DNA from: Tubulanus polymorphus
Taxonomy: Eukaryota > Animalia > Nemertea
Assembly (NCBI RefSeq): GCF_964204645.1
Contig: NC_134027.1
Span: 19,492,560 to 19,556,559, forward strand
Length of the DNA: 64,000 bases
Direction: 5' to 3'
Shown here in pieces: positions 12,344-26,164 of the stretch. Below the pieces are notes generated by a model. It worked only from the letters and a program-made list of their open reading frames with translations, did not search any database and had not been told where the DNA came from. Position 1 is the first letter of the stretch, and every line of letters begins with the position of its first letter. A program made the position numbers and the translations under genes.

Positions 12344-13472
12344 TTATATATTTTTAATTTTACTTGATAATATCCATTCATTGAATTTATCCGGCCATCC
12401 AACCCATTTTACTAAAGAATATTTTTTTCTTTTAATAGTTTTTGTTTTTAATACTTTTTCAATTTTTATTTTCTTGTTCTAGATTTTCAGTAGTTAAACT
12501 CAATTCTTCTTCATTAAAACACCCATCAACTTCTTCGCCATTTAAATCTTCTAATTTATAGACATATGGTTTTGTTGTTATTACCTTTTTTATTTTATAT
12601 ATTTCTCTAGTAAAATTTCGATCGTATCCTTTATCAAATATCTTTTTATACTTAGAAATTCTAACATTTTGACCAACTTTAAATTTAGGTTCACCAAAAT
12701 CATCTACAAGAAATGCTGCATATAAATTATTCCAAACAATTTCAGCATTTTCAGGTTTTCTAGCATCAATAGGTTTCATTCCAATAGAAGAATGATAAGA
12801 ATTATTATATCCTTCTATCAATTCTGGTAAAACATCAATCCATTTAAAAGTATTATTTGCTGTAAAATATTTCCACATTCTTGTTCTTAATGTTCTATTA
12901 AATCGTTCAACAACTGCTGCTTTTTTATCCGATTTTGTTGAAAAATATTCAATATTATGATTATCTAAGAGTTCATGAACAAGTGAATTATCAAATTCTT
13001 TTCCATCATCAAATTGTATTTTTTCTGGTTTTAGTTTATCATCCGAAAGAAATTTTCTTAAAACATTTGATGTTTGTACAGCATCTTTTCTATAAAGTGG
13101 GAAATTCCATACATAACGACTAAAAATATCAATTATATTCAATAACCACCAATAATCATCATTATCTTTCTTAACATTTTTCATATCAATTAAATCTCCT
13201 TGCCACTGTTGATCTACATAACTTACCATAGTTTTACGAGTTTTATATTTTCTAACAATTTTTTTATGTGTTGTGTATGTTGGTTGTTCTAACATAAATT
13301 CATTTATATCTTTATATTTAACTAAATTGTGTGGGATTATCTTATCTAATTTATCTTGTTTTACTTTACGCCATTTATTTTTAGTAGAAGAATAAGCAAC
13401 CGAACTCTCAGGGTTGTAATATAAATTTCTTAAATATTGTTCTTTAGTATTAGGAGTTTTTTTACCTCCCAT
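12344..13472 (-). CDS. Retroviral-like (rve) integrase with C-terminal chromodomain (frameshift near 12465)
   Basis: QWQGDLIDM, IDIFSRY, QFDDGKEF, VERFNRT; the chromodomain VKWVGWPDKFNEW lies in the shifted frame. Confidence 0.93.
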
Positions 13473-13502
13473 TTATATATCGTTAATTTTAACTTTATAT
13501 TT

Positions 13503-14656
13503 CTAATATTGAATACTATCTAACTGTGAATTTACAATATTTAATTGTGCATCAGATATAATATAAATGTGGATTTTAAAATTTTTGTCTCCTCTTTTCT
13601 TTTTTATGAATAATTGTATTCCATCTTTAGTGTTCTGTAGTTTTTTCCCAGAACCATGTAATGAATTATCCTCTGTTGTTCTAAAATCTAACCATAATGC
13701 ATATTTATTGCCGGTATAATAATCAATTTGATTAATATTACAATTTTCAAATGATTTTACTTTTTCATTCATAAAATGTTTTCTAATTTCTGGCCACTGA
13801 TCTATCATTCTCATTCCTTGACAAAATATTTTATTTGCTATTCCTTCGATAGTTATTTCTACTTTTGTTATTTCAGGATTATAATAATTATCTACCTTTA
13901 TTGCACCATTAGAATATGTTGCAATTTTAAATTTATCAATATAATCATATAATAATGAAAATCCTTGATTGTATTGAGTTTGAATTATACTAGCAATATT
14001 TTCATTAGTTACTGTGTTATATTCTAAACATATATTCGATAATTTATAACCCATATCTTTAACAACGCTAGATAACACAATTTCATTTACAGGAGCAAAT
14101 GTTATCTCAAATATAATATCTTCTTGAATTACATATTTATATAAAGGTGCATTATTATTTATCAATTCAAAGTCTAATGGAATTTTATATTTGCTTCCAT
14201 AAATCTTTTTAACAAATTATCTGTGGCACGAGTTACTATTGCGTCATTAGCTCCTGATCTTAATTTATTATGGTTTTCTGATTGGATGCCTTGAAATATC
14301 ATATTATTTCTATTTTCTTTAGTTAACCATAAATCTTTATAATGCATAAATAAATTATAATCATCTAATGAAAAAACTGTTTCTGGACCAATCTTTATAG
14401 TTAATTTTTTAATCAAATATCTTCCAACATTATCAACAACATAATTATTATCATGACCGGTTACTTTTATATCGGCTGATAAATAAATACTATTTGGAAC
14501 ATAAAAAGTATTTTGTGTTAATCGAGGGATTCTAACATATAAAGTTTCATCGGGATTAATATTTGAAGGATTATGAGTAATTATATTATGTGATCTTTCT
14601 GCTTTAATAGCATTAGATATTCTAGAAATCTTAGGACTTATATAACCCCCACTCAT
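13503..14656 (-). pseudogene. Major capsid protein (probable double jelly-roll), frameshift plus 30-aa in-frame deletion
   Basis: Beta-rich ~415-aa family (ITHNPSNI..NVGRYLIKKLTIKIG). Lacks TVTINANDEIINENINFPRRSIKGILIFFT, which is present in P3. Confidence 0.75.
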
Positions 14657-14679
14657 TTATTTAACAAAAAAATTAATTA

Positions 14680-16125
14680 TTAATTTTTTATTATTTTTTT
14701 CTTGATATTTTTTGATATCATATTCACTAACCCTAAAATAATAGCACTTACAACTGTAATTAAAAATAAAATAATATGTTCAGCAGCAAAGTTAAGAATA
14801 TTACCTGCAGATTTCAATATAAAACCAACAATTGATGCAATAATTCCTGGTAAAGCTGCAGCAGATTTTTTAGATAGTTCCCATAAATATTTTGCTAATT
14901 TCTTTAAACCATCTTTAACTTTATCTTGTATAGAATTATTATTCGGGGGTTTATCTGGTTTATTTGGAGTAGGAGTAGATTTTAAAGCATTTGATATTGC
15001 TAAACCAATTGTTGTAAATAACATAGTTACAGCTGTTATAATTGAAAGAATTGTTATTCCTTCTAACTTAAATAATAATTTTATTCTATCTTTCAATGAT
15101 ATTTCAGAATTTGGTTTTATCAATAAATCTTTAAAAATAACTTTTAATCTATTAATATTATAATCATATGATTTTAATAATAATTTAATTTCTTCTTTCT
15201 GTACTTCTAAATTATCTTTTAAATTATTAATTTCTTAATTCGTAATTCTTTTTGCCTATACTCTATTTCATCAATTACTTGATGATCTAAATCAGACTTT
15301 AGTTGTTCTATTTCTTTATTTGCATTAGTTAATTCTTTTTCCAAATACATAATTTTTTGATCTCTTATACTTTTATTATGTTCAATTTTATCAGCTTCAT
15401 TTCTTATACTAATAATTTCTCTAATTGCTTCATCAGAAAATATATCTAAATCTTCTAATTCTTGATCTGTTGCATCAATTAATCCATTCGGTAAAAGTTT
15501 TTCAATTGAAACTTTATTTGATTTAAGGTTACTATTTTTGGAAGTTATATTCTGTTCAAAAGTTGTTTCTGTTTTTGATTTCTTTTTGATTATTTCAAAT
15601 AATTCATTAATTCTTTGTTTAAATACGTCTATATTATCATCTCTTTCTTTTTGTGTAACATCAGTTTTTTTATTACTATTACTTATTCTTTTAATTCTCT
15701 GGATCTAAGTCACTCAAAGTTGATTCCGCTAATATTTTTTTTAGTTTTGTCCTTTGATTAGTGATATCAATATAATAATCACCTTTCAAACGATAATAAC
15801 ATTTACCATTATCTAAAAATTTTAATTGATATGCTAAAAGACCAACGTCTTCATCATTTATATTAAGATTAGAATTTTCAATTATACGTTCTAATTTTGG
15901 CATTTTGTTTAAATTATCTAAATTTTCTTGTACTAAACCTGGGTTTAAATTTTCAGGATTTAATTGTGATTCTGCATTTTTAATATAATCAGGCATATTT
16001 AAATTATTATTATATCCTGGCTCATTACCGTCATTAAAACTTGTTTCATCAAAATCAGGTGGTGGTTGTTCATCACTTATACCAGGTTCATCAAAAGGAT
16101 CCATTCCAAAATCTTCTACATCCAT
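14680..16125 (-). pseudogene. Coiled-coil protein with C-terminal TM helices, frameshifted
   Basis: Homolog of intact 57419-59107. Confidence 0.8.
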
Positions 16126-16139
16126 TTATATAAAAAAAA

Positions 16140-17469
16140 TTAAAATTTAAAATATAATATTCCTCCTATAACAATTCCTATACAAGTTAAAGCTAATTTA
16201 GTATTTTCATGGGATTTATTATCATCATTTAGTTTAATTATATCATGTTGAATATTATCAGTTCTAATATTTTCTGATGTATTATAATCCGGTTTAGAAT
16301 CATTATTTAATTTAATATTATTAGTTTTAGTTTCTGTTGATTGAATATGTTTTTCATTTTTTTCACCTTCCATTAATTTTGGAGCAGTAATTATCTTTTT
16401 ATTTATATCATTAAATCCAACTGAATGATTTATTGTTGCAGTTTTAATTGGATTATTATAACCAATTATGTTTCCCATCTTTAATACTAAATCATTAGAA
16501 ATAATAAATAGATTAGGGCCTATACAATAATTTAATCTAATATGTGATTTATCTAAATAATTTTGATATCTTACAATGTTTTCTGGAATCGAACTATTTT
16601 TATCATTATGAATGGAATCTTCAAATAATACTTTAAATTGTTTCTGCGCGTCAAATGAAGTACTATCATTTCCAACTATTGGTGATCTTGTTTCAACTTG
16701 CGCACCTAAAATACATATCAAATAAGTTCTAATAGATTGATTTATTCTTTGTATACCAGCTTTAGTAAAACCTTCGCTATTTTCTAAAATGAAATTAACC
16801 CAACCATTATTATTTTGTTGTTGTATATTATTATAATATTTTGGTAATTCATTCCAATTTAGTGTTCTTATATCTGTATTTATCATTATTTTTCCAAATT
16901 CTTTAGTATACAGTACTCCTAATCCACCCATTGTTCCAATTTTTGCTCTAAAATCTTTATTTGAATTAATATTAAATTCATTACATATTTTATAAAACTT
17001 AGAAAGATTAATGTTATTATCTAATTCTTTAAAATATCTAGACCCTGGTAAAGGCCATTCTAATTCATCTATTATTAATTTTATTTTATTATTATATTTA
17101 AGTATGAAATCTAAAAAGTGATAATATTAATGGTAAACTTGGTTTGTTTAAATGATCATTCCAACTAATTCCACATCCTGTTGTTGCGCAATAAACAGCA
17201 AAATTTAATTGGTTCTACCAATACTTCATATTAGATTTTAATAACCATTGTTTTGCCTCATTTAAATCTTTAAAATTAATTGTATACACATGAAATATAT
17301 TTTCCATCCTTACATGGAAATTATTACTTTCAGTAACATAAATATATAAATCAATTAATGAATTTAAAACTACATTTTTATGTGTAATATCTTTATTAAA
17401 ATCTATTGCTTGAATATTATATTTAATTGATTTATTATATTGGAAAGCTTTTGGAAAACTATCTACCAT
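16140..17469 (-). pseudogene. Conserved protein with C-terminal TM anchor, disrupted
   Basis: Homolog of intact 56014-57402. Confidence 0.8.
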
Positions 17470-17485
17470 TTATATAATTAAAAAA

Positions 17486-17924
17486 TTAATAATTTATTAA
17501 TTCTTTTAATAATTTATCTTGTTCTTCAACTGTTATATGACCATTTAAACTTATGATATAATCTAGTGTGTTCTTTAATTTATTAATTTCTTTTATATTA
17601 GTTTTAATTTTTTCTTTATTACTTTTTACATTCAATTTTGAACTTATACCAGTTAAAACACTTGAACTTAATCCTAATACACCAATTGATATAGCTAAAG
17701 GTGTTAATGGACTGAATATTGCTAGAAATGTTATTACAGAACTAATTGTAACCGAACCACTTATATATAATCAAATAATATATAATTTTACTTTTTAAAT
17801 ATTTTTTCTTTTTTATCTTTAAGTCACTTTCAAATTCTAATATTTGTTTTTCTAAATATGTTTTTAATTTAGTTTTATTTATAACATGAGGAATAATATC
17901 AATATTATCAACTTTATCTTCCAT
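17486..17924 (-). pseudogene. Two-TM small membrane protein, frameshifted
   Basis: Homolog of 55563-55997. Confidence 0.8.
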
Positions 17925-17943
17925 TTATTTAGAAAAAAAATTA

Positions 17944-18366
17944 CTAATTAGTAAATTTATATGCTACAAATATAACAATAACTGTTCCACCTAAAATCCA
18001 TATTATTTCATATTTCTGTTGTTCTTTACTTGGGGTATAATAATCTGATAATTTAGGTTTGTATAGATGTAATTTTTCTTTATTGGTTACCGCGTTATAT
18101 AAACTCATTGCATCATCAACTGATAGAAAATCTCTATGTGAAATATTCTGATCAATTAATTCTTTATTGATGTAATCCATATAGTTTTGCCTCTTTTCTC
18201 TATATTCTTCAGTTGCTTTATTGTATTCCTCTGATGCTAAGTTATGTCTTTTTTGTTCTGATAATGAACCATTTTCATCAATTTGCTTGAATAAAAAATT
18301 ACCACCTGTAAATGCCAAAGCGTTAACAATTGCTGATCCTATAATAGTTATAACTGCAGAAGCCAT
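17944..18366 (-). CDS. Conserved 140-aa protein with hydrophobic termini
   Basis: Homolog of 55121-55543; TAAATG start. Confidence 0.85.
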   Translation of the reverse strand: MASAVITIIGSAIVNALAFTGGNFLFKQIDENGSLSEQKRHNLASEEYNKATEEYREKRQNYMDYINKELIDQNISHRDFLSVDDAMSLYNAVTNKEKLHLYKPKLSDYYTPSKEQQKYEIIWILGGTVIVIFVAYKFTN

Positions 18367-18390
18367 TTATTTAGCAAAATAATTACGCAT

Positions 18391-18612
18391 TTATATGGGA
18401 GGAATATATTTTTGTTTTTCTAAATAATCAATAGTTAAATTAGATAAAGTAACTGCTAACGTTAATTTTAAAATATCATTTATATCAAATCTATCAACAT
18501 TAACACTACCCATTTTAAATACTTTTTTTAATACCATTGAATAACCAACAGTTCCAACTGATAGTAATGCTCCATTATATAATCCAGTTATTATCCACTT
18601 ATTATCACTCAT
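18391..18612 (-). CDS. Conserved 73-aa hydrophobic protein
   Basis: Nearly identical to 54875-55096. Confidence 0.85.
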   Translation of the reverse strand: MSDNKWIITGLYNGALLSVGTVGYSMVLKKVFKMGSVNVDRFDINDILKLTLAVTLSNLTIDYLEKQKYIPPI

Positions 18613-18969
18613 TTATTTATCAAAAAAATTACTATCATCAAAATATTTAGTTATCTTAGTGATGATTAATTCAACATTTATTTCATTACTAGTTTCATTT
18701 GTATATATTTCAATTATTATTTTTTTAATATCATCGATGATAAAATCTTCATCTAATTCATAAAATCTTAAAGATTCTCTAATTAAATTAGTAATCTTTT
18801 CTACATTTAAAGTTTCTTTATCTATTGTTGTTTCATACTCAAATGTTGTTTCATTAGAAAATGCAATATTTTTGATATGTGTAATTACATCATTAATGTT
18901 AAATTTCATTTCTTTCTCATGTTTAAAATCAAACCCAAAACATATACTCGGTCCAACAGATATATTCAT
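18613..18969 (-). CDS. Conserved 118-aa hypothetical protein
   Basis: Homolog of 54515-54874. Confidence 0.8.
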   Translation of the reverse strand: MNISVGPSICFGFDFKHEKEMKFNINDVITHIKNIAFSNETTFEYETTIDKETLNVEKITNLIRESLRFYELDEDFIIDDIKKIIIEIYTNETSNEINVELIITKITKYFDDSNFFDK

Positions 18970-18985
18970 TTATATAGTGAAAAAA

Positions 18986-19744
18986 TTACTCTCTACATCT
19001 TATAACTAATTCATATATCACAGAAAAATTATTCAAATCAATTAAATATACATTATGATTTCTTATTTCTAATTTAAAATTATTGAAATGTGGAATACAA
19101 GGTTTGAAATCACATTCAGTTAAATTATAATTTATTTGAGTTCCAAATTGTTTAACATTTTTTAATGGTAAAATATTTAATATACTAGAATTACATGTTG
19201 TATCTTTAGTTGCTTCGAATGTTTTTGTAGGATCGATTAAATTGCAATAAATATAAAAGTGTGTAAAAGGTATTAAGTTTGATCTACCTTCTGCGTGTGC
19301 TGTAACAATATTTGGGTTAATTCCTAACAGTTTAGCTAAAGGTTTTCTTACTGTAAATTTAAATTGTTCGTTATTATCTAACCTAATCTTTATTTTATTA
19401 GAACTATCACTTTTTAAAATTCTAATATTAAATTTAGAATCACTTCCTAATTTAGCTCGAGCTTTTCTATTAATTTCTTGTGCTAATGTATCTAAATTAT
19501 ATAATCCTGGTTTTAAATATATAAAATACCATTCATTCATTTTTTTGTAAAAGATTGAAAAAATTAAATGTTCTAGACTTTTATCCGATATATTGTAAAA
19601 TGAGTTACATAAACTTATATTAACTAATTTTAAATCAACACAATTCTTAAATTCTCTATCTATTTGTACTAGTAAATTATGTGATTTATAATTTGTAAGT
19701 TTTCTAGAATCAACAAATATTCTGTATTCTTTTGATTCTACCAT
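18986..19744 (-). CDS. Minor capsid (penton) protein
   Basis: IFVDSR..NSFYNI..PGLY..YIYCNLID..IDLNN pattern of Polinton/virophage pentons. Confidence 0.8.
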   Translation of the reverse strand: MVESKEYRIFVDSRKLTNYKSHNLLVQIDREFKNCVDLKLVNISLCNSFYNISDKSLEHLIFSIFYKKMNEWYFIYLKPGLYNLDTLAQEINRKARAKLGSDSKFNIRILKSDSSNKIKIRLDNNEQFKFTVRKPLAKLLGINPNIVTAHAEGRSNLIPFTHFYIYCNLIDPTKTFEATKDTTCNSSILNILPLKNVKQFGTQINYNLTECDFKPCIPHFNNFKLEIRNHNVYLIDLNNFSVIYELVIRCRE

Positions 19745-19812
19745 TATTTATAACATAAAAAAATTACCGCTCATCACTAAAAATTAATTTTAATAAAATT
19801 TTTCCTTAATAA

Positions 19813-21128
19813 ATGGATGAGAAGATAGCATGTGAAATTTGTGGTGAACTTCTAAGAAAAAGTAATATGGCTCGACATATGAAAAAACATGATGAAAATT
19901 ATAAACCCCCTAAAATAAACTGCCCAAAATGTAATAAATTATTCTCAAGAAATTATGTTAAAAAACATTCAGAGAAGTGTAGAATTAATGGCGCAACGGC
20001 TAATGTTGATAGTAACGAAAGTAATAGTAATTCTGCTGAAGTTGAACCTGAAGTTATTTGGAAAATACCTTTCTTATTCTATGATAAGGATAATATAAAA
20101 GATCATTTCTGTAAGCCTTGTCGAATAAAATATAGCCCTGAAAATATAGAAGAATGGGAGAATCATCAATTTCGTAAAGCACATATAGATAAAATTTCTA
20201 ATAAATTTGAAACTGAATTCAATGAAAGAAAAGATAATTTATTAGAAAAAATAAATATGAGAAAACGTTACCAGATAATAAAGAAACAGTTGAAAAGTTA
20301 GAAAAACAATATAATGAATTAACAAGAAAAACATATTATTGTAAATATTGTAAATTGATTATTACAACAAGTAATTCAAATCTACATAATAGAACAATAA
20401 AACATAAAGAAAACGTAAGAAAATACCAAGAGCTTAATGAAGATCTATTACCAATAAATTATAAACAAAAATGCCCACACTGTAGTTATGAGACCTTAAA
20501 ACAAGAAGGTACTGTGTTATTTTGTAATGAATGTGGATGGCAAAAGAATTTATGGGGTGAAGAAAAAACTAGAAATTTTCTCATAGATCCAAAATTAAAT
20601 AATCTAGATGAAATTTTTAAAATATTTTCTATAGAAGATCATACACCAGAATATAAGCAATGGCTTGAAAAAATGAAAATAATAGAAAATAGAAATGGTG
20701 AAATAACTAAAAAAGATATTATAAAAACAATTATTCCGTCAACATTTAACACAAAACAAAAGAAAATGTATTTATATTTATTATTTAACGATTATTATGA
20801 AAAACCTAAATTAACAGAAGAAGATATGGAAAATATAAAAAAAATATTTAAACAAATATTAATGTATCATTTGGAAAATAGAATAACAGATTCAATTAAT
20901 TATGAATTCTTTTTAAATGAGATTGTGAATTATTTAAACATCGATATTATAATTCCATTTGATGAATTAACAAACAAAAAGAAACAAAGAGAGCGAAATG
21001 AAATGTGGAACAAGATAGAACTTTATTTAAATGAGGAAAATGGAATGGAAGAAGAACCTGAACAATTAAATGAAAATGAAGAAGCCAATAGTGATTTCGA
21101 TTATGATGATATTGATTTTATGTTTTAA
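19813..21128 (+). CDS. Multi-Zn-finger protein fused to poxvirus A2/VLTF3-like late transcription factor (one frameshift ~20250)
   Basis: Four C2H2/C2HC-type fingers, then a CPHC..CNECG ribbon and IFKQILMYHLEN..SINYEFFLNEI..NEMWNKI, which match the VLTF3 C-terminal pattern. Confidence 0.72.
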
Positions 21129-24100
21129 TAACCATAAGGTAATGTTTTTATACCATCATCTAAAATATGCCTTTTATCATCAAATGGATTCAAACTAGTT
21201 TTTTTCAACTTCATTAATGTACATCTCGTGATCTTCTGATCTTAAACAATTCATTTTATGTTTCATTACAATTGATTTATATAAACACTTTATATAATCT
21301 TGAAATTCTATATGTTTATCAACCACATGTTTTGTTATTCCTTTTAACTTTTTAGCTTCACGATCTTTTGTTCTATAACTATACATTTTACTTCTTATTC
21401 CAACAAATTCAATCATTTCATCACCCCCTAATTCATCTTTAAATTTACCAGGAATCTTTTTATTATCATTGCTAAATAGTTCATGATCTTTTGGATAATT
21501 GCTAAAATCAAAATAATGTTTTAATGTTTTTAAGTCTTTTGTTATATCATTTGTCTTGATTTTTAGTATGTAACTATCGGTATTTTTTTGGATTAATGGG
21601 AACCCAGAATTGAATGTTCCATCATCTGTTGATAAATCATAAACATAGTCAGTTGGGTTATATATTTCAAATAAATCTTTAACTTCTTCTGTTAATTCTT
21701 TTTCTACATGCCTTAAATTAAAACAATTTGGTTTAGATTTAATTAATTCTATATTCATATTAAATCCTAATGAACTGCATAATATATTCAATCCTGATAT
21801 AGCAACTTTTCCTTTTTGAGCAAAGGATATTGTTTTGCGGTTTTGGAAACTTTTTGAACCATCTGCGGCATAGAATCCAATGAAGAACCACTTTCTTAAA
21901 TTATTTTCTGCATTTAATACATAATCTGGAACTATCTTTTCTTTTGTTGAAGTATTACTTTTCACTATTGCGTGAATATAGAATTCATCATTATATTTTA
22001 TAGCAAAATCTTTAGGATTATTTACAAGTATTCTATAAACTGCTGTTGATTTCATAACATCCATGATTCTAAATGTTTTATGTGAATAAACTTCTTCACA
22101 GAATTTCTTAATTCTTTCTAATAATTTTAAGTCTTGATTGCATAAATACCAACAATATTTATTACCCCAAACATAATTATACACACCTGCTGAACCCACA
22201 CCCATGAAAAATCCTTTGATAAAATATTCTTTTTCTTCTAATGTTTCGGGTTCTATATTATAAATATTATCAATTATTTCATCAAATGACATATGATTCA
22301 TTCTTTGGAAAAATCTTTTATGTGATAATTCATCTCCAATTTTTATATCAGTTGGTTTTATTTCATCGCCATTTCGTTTAATTAAACTATGATCTTCTGT
22401 AACATCTACAAATCCTAATTTAGTTCTAACTCTATAGATTTTCTTATTTGTTTTATGCCTAATAATATTCTTTAATTTTTTCCATCCATTTCTTGTCCAA
22501 ACATCCATTAAACCATTTATTTGTATTAATTCTTTTTCACCATATGAAATATAACATTCATTTTGTTTTGGAATTATTTCTGAAATTCTTCTTATCAATA
22601 TTTTATCATTACATTTTAATAATATTGGGGTGTCAGCTGTTACAGAATCAAAATATAATATTTCAATATGCTTTTCCCCAAAAAGTGGTTGTAAAACATT
22701 ATAATAAAAATCATACATTAATAATTTTGATATTTCTAAAACAGTTGAACCTATAAATATTGGTTTATTAAATTTCATTGAAGTTCTTTTTAATTTAACT
22801 GCTGTTAAATAATCTTCAAATCTTTTATTTCCTAAATGTGTAGGGCTTGATTGTAAATGTCTTAATCTTTCAGAATTATTTACTAATTCAATATCATTTC
22901 TATTTCTAATATTTTCACATGTTTTTCCATAAAAACTATTATTCATTAATTTGAAGAAATCTTTTTCAAAATCTGTTTTTGATATGGTTCTCTGTTGAGT
23001 ATTGAAATCTATATATTTTTCTAACCACTTCGATTGATTAAATTCAATATATCTATGTACTTTCTTTAATTTCATTCCTTGTTTTAGATAAAATTTAAAA
23101 ATTCTATAATGAACGATATAATTGTATTTATTATTTTGACTATTCAGTAAAAATTTGAGTATTCACTTAAATAACTATCATCTACAGTTAAATGTTCTGG
23201 GCAATAAGGTAAGTTTCTTGTTTTAAACTTTATATTTTCAGGATATTCTAAATCAACTACAAAGAAATAACCAATTGGTGCTTCATCTTCTAAACTCATA
23301 ATTGCGCTTTCCCAATTAGTTTTATCATCATTTTCAACTTCTGTTAATATAAAATTTTTATATGGTTGAGGTTGCATCATTGCCCAACCATATAAATTAT
23401 TGGCGTCAATATATAATAATTTATATTCATCATTTGCTTTAAAATACCTATTTCCCATAACACCACTAATTCCACCTCTAATTGATTTTTCAAATAATAA
23501 AACCATGTCTGGTTCTTTTAATAAATCTAATTCTACATTTGTATATTTTAAACCACATTGCCAGGTTAAACCAGGACTAAAGTAGCAATAACAAGGATCA
23601 ACATTAAAATGATTCAAATTAACTTCTCTAAATTTTTCAAATATGTCAGCCAATATAATAACATCTGATTTTAAATATAAATCAACTAATTCACCATGAT
23701 TTTTCATCTTAAAATGGTTCCAAATATTTAATGTTCTATTAAACACTTCGTCTTTTACATACTCCTCTTTTAATTGATCATAAAATTGATCTTTTAATAA
23801 TTCTGTTACATTAAAATCATTGTGTGTTTTATAAAATGAATAAGGAATTGCGCCTTTATATCTCAATAATTTAAAATCTTGTTCATTTGGATAATAATAT
23901 CGAGTTATAACAAAGTCATTATCAACTAAACTTTTTGATAAATTATCTTATGAACTTGCTAGAAATCTATAAGAATATAAAAATCTAATGCAACCAAATT
24001 GAAATGAAATATAATTTTCAGATGTTTTAGCTAATAGTTTAAAATCATATTTTCTTACATTTGCTTCATTCATAGCATTATATTCTTCTATTTCTTGATT

Positions 24101-26164
24101 AATTGTACCCAATTTCTTTAATAATTGTTTTATAAATAGATGGGTATCATAGCCGGATAAATTATGAAATAATATTGGAACGAAATTTACTTTTTTAGCT
24201 TGTAAATTGCAATCTTCATGAGCAGCTCCACGATATTTTGAATTTAAATGATCATGATGTCTAACTTTTTTATCAAATGAATAAAAACGTTTTTCACAAT
24301 AACAACAATGAGTTGCATAATTAAAATCAATTTCATCTTCTTTTGTCATAACTATTCTTTTAATTTTGTTTAATAATTTTGCAAAATCACTTTCTAATTC
24401 AATCATTTTATCACAAAAATCATTAACTACATTTTCACCTCTAAAAGAAATATATTGACTTTCATATAATTCAGGATAATTTGATTTTATATAAATTCCA
24501 TAAGCAGCAGCTCTTTGATGAACTTTTTTAATTGTATTTATAATTGGTGGGTCTTGTATTGTGTCTTCATTTAATTCATTTCCTTTATCCATTGATTTTA
24601 ATAATTGCTTTTTGTTATATATTTCTTTTCTATCTTGATCAGTTAATTCTTTATTCAACGATTCAAAATCCCCATAAATTACAAATGGAACAATATTCTT
24701 AAATTTATGATTAGTAAATTTCAACTTACAATCTTTTTTTGTTGGCATTATTAATTTACAAAAATCTTTATTATCGCATAATTCTTTATGTTTTAGTAAC
24801 GCATTCTCAGTCATAAATTTAGATAAACATTTTCTACATAGATAAATTTTACGATGATGATCACTTTCTGTTGTTCTAAAGAATAAATCAATTTGTTTTA
24901 ACCACATATAATGTTCATTTTCATCTTTTTTGTAATATAACAAATCTATAACATTTTCATCATCATAATATTCTGTTAAATATAAAGCTTCCAATGTATA
25001 ATCTTTAATATTTTCACCTTTTGTCTTTGGTAATTGCATTAATTCAAATACATTTATTTTTAAATTATTAACTTTTTCTATTTTAGGAATCATTTTTATA
25101 GTTACCGGATATTGATTAATTTTATATAATGTTTCATATTTCCGGTAATTTGTTATTCTAAAACTATGCGTCATATCTTCTGTTGGGTGTAAGCAACTTA
25201 TAATCGCCCACAGAAAACATTTATTATCATCATTCTGCATATTAATTACTGCATTAGTTTTAAATGGTAATTTAATATAACTTGATGCTTTCACATCCTT
25301 TTCTATTATAAAGTTTGAATCATTTTTAAACATTTTATTACTTTTTGATGTTTTATTTCTTTTTGTATTATAAACATTTAAATCTAAATATATAATTTCA
25401 TTCAATGTTAAGCCAGAACCCTCAAAATATCTTTCTTCAATATGACGTTTAAATTCATTTAATATTTTTTCTAACTTCTCTTTTATTTGTGTTTTTGAAA
25501 TTATTTCTTCAGAGAGTGTTTGAATATTATAATTCATTTTTTCTTCTGACTTTATAAAACTTACTTTCCCAGAGATACTAATTTTTGGATATTCAACATC
25601 TGTTATCAAATCTAGTATTTTTTCTATTATTTCATTAAATTTACTATAATCTTCTATTGTTGTACCTTTAAAAAATCTAAATATAATAGCTGCAGGACCA
25701 ATTTTACTATGTAATGTTTCTAAGATTTCAATTGTATCTTTTATTTCTAGTGAATCAATATAATTTCTAACATTTTCCATGTAAGGTTTATTTGAAATGG
25801 ATTTAGTTTTTGAAGTTGATTCTTTTACTTGTTGAGGTTTATCATCAAAATAATCTTTTCCTAAAACATTATTACTCAAATTTTGGTTGTGTTTTTGTGA
25901 TTCGAGATGTCTATTATAATTCCTTTTTACTATAAATTCATTACAAACTTCACATTTTATTTCATCCACATTCATATTTTCTAATCGTTCTTTTCTTTCA
26001 TTGGAATTTTCTGGGGTTTCAAAATCTATAACATTTTTTATATGATTTGAAGATTTTTCATGTTTAGATTTATTAGATTTATCGATGTATTTTTTACAAT
26101 ATTGGCAATAATATTGATTTTTATTAACATTATTGTTTTCTGTTTGGTACTCACTCTCTCCCAT
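21125..26164 (-). CDS. Protein-primed DNA polymerase B (Zn fingers, TP/vOTU-like region, EndoVII insert, intein), several frameshifts
   Basis: YGDFES, FHNLSGYD, YLKSDV, YIDANNLYGWAM, KLMNNSFYGKT and YFD|TDS motifs over ORFs 23948-26164, 23144-23866 and 21195-23075. Confidence 0.95.
21582..22646 (-). mobile_element. Intein (355 aa) with LAGLIDADG homing endonuclease in pPolB
   Basis: YFD|SVTADTPI..VTEDHSL..FIKGFFMGVGS..FFIGFYAADGS..YVYDLST..IQKN|TDS; absent from P3 pPolB (YLDTDS). Confidence 0.95.

Noticed and set aside
24220-24320. EndoVII/HNH-like insert in pPolB as a novelty
   Set aside because: CxxC..DHxH..RGAAH..CN inserts are a known feature of one Polinton pPolB group and are present in both copies here.
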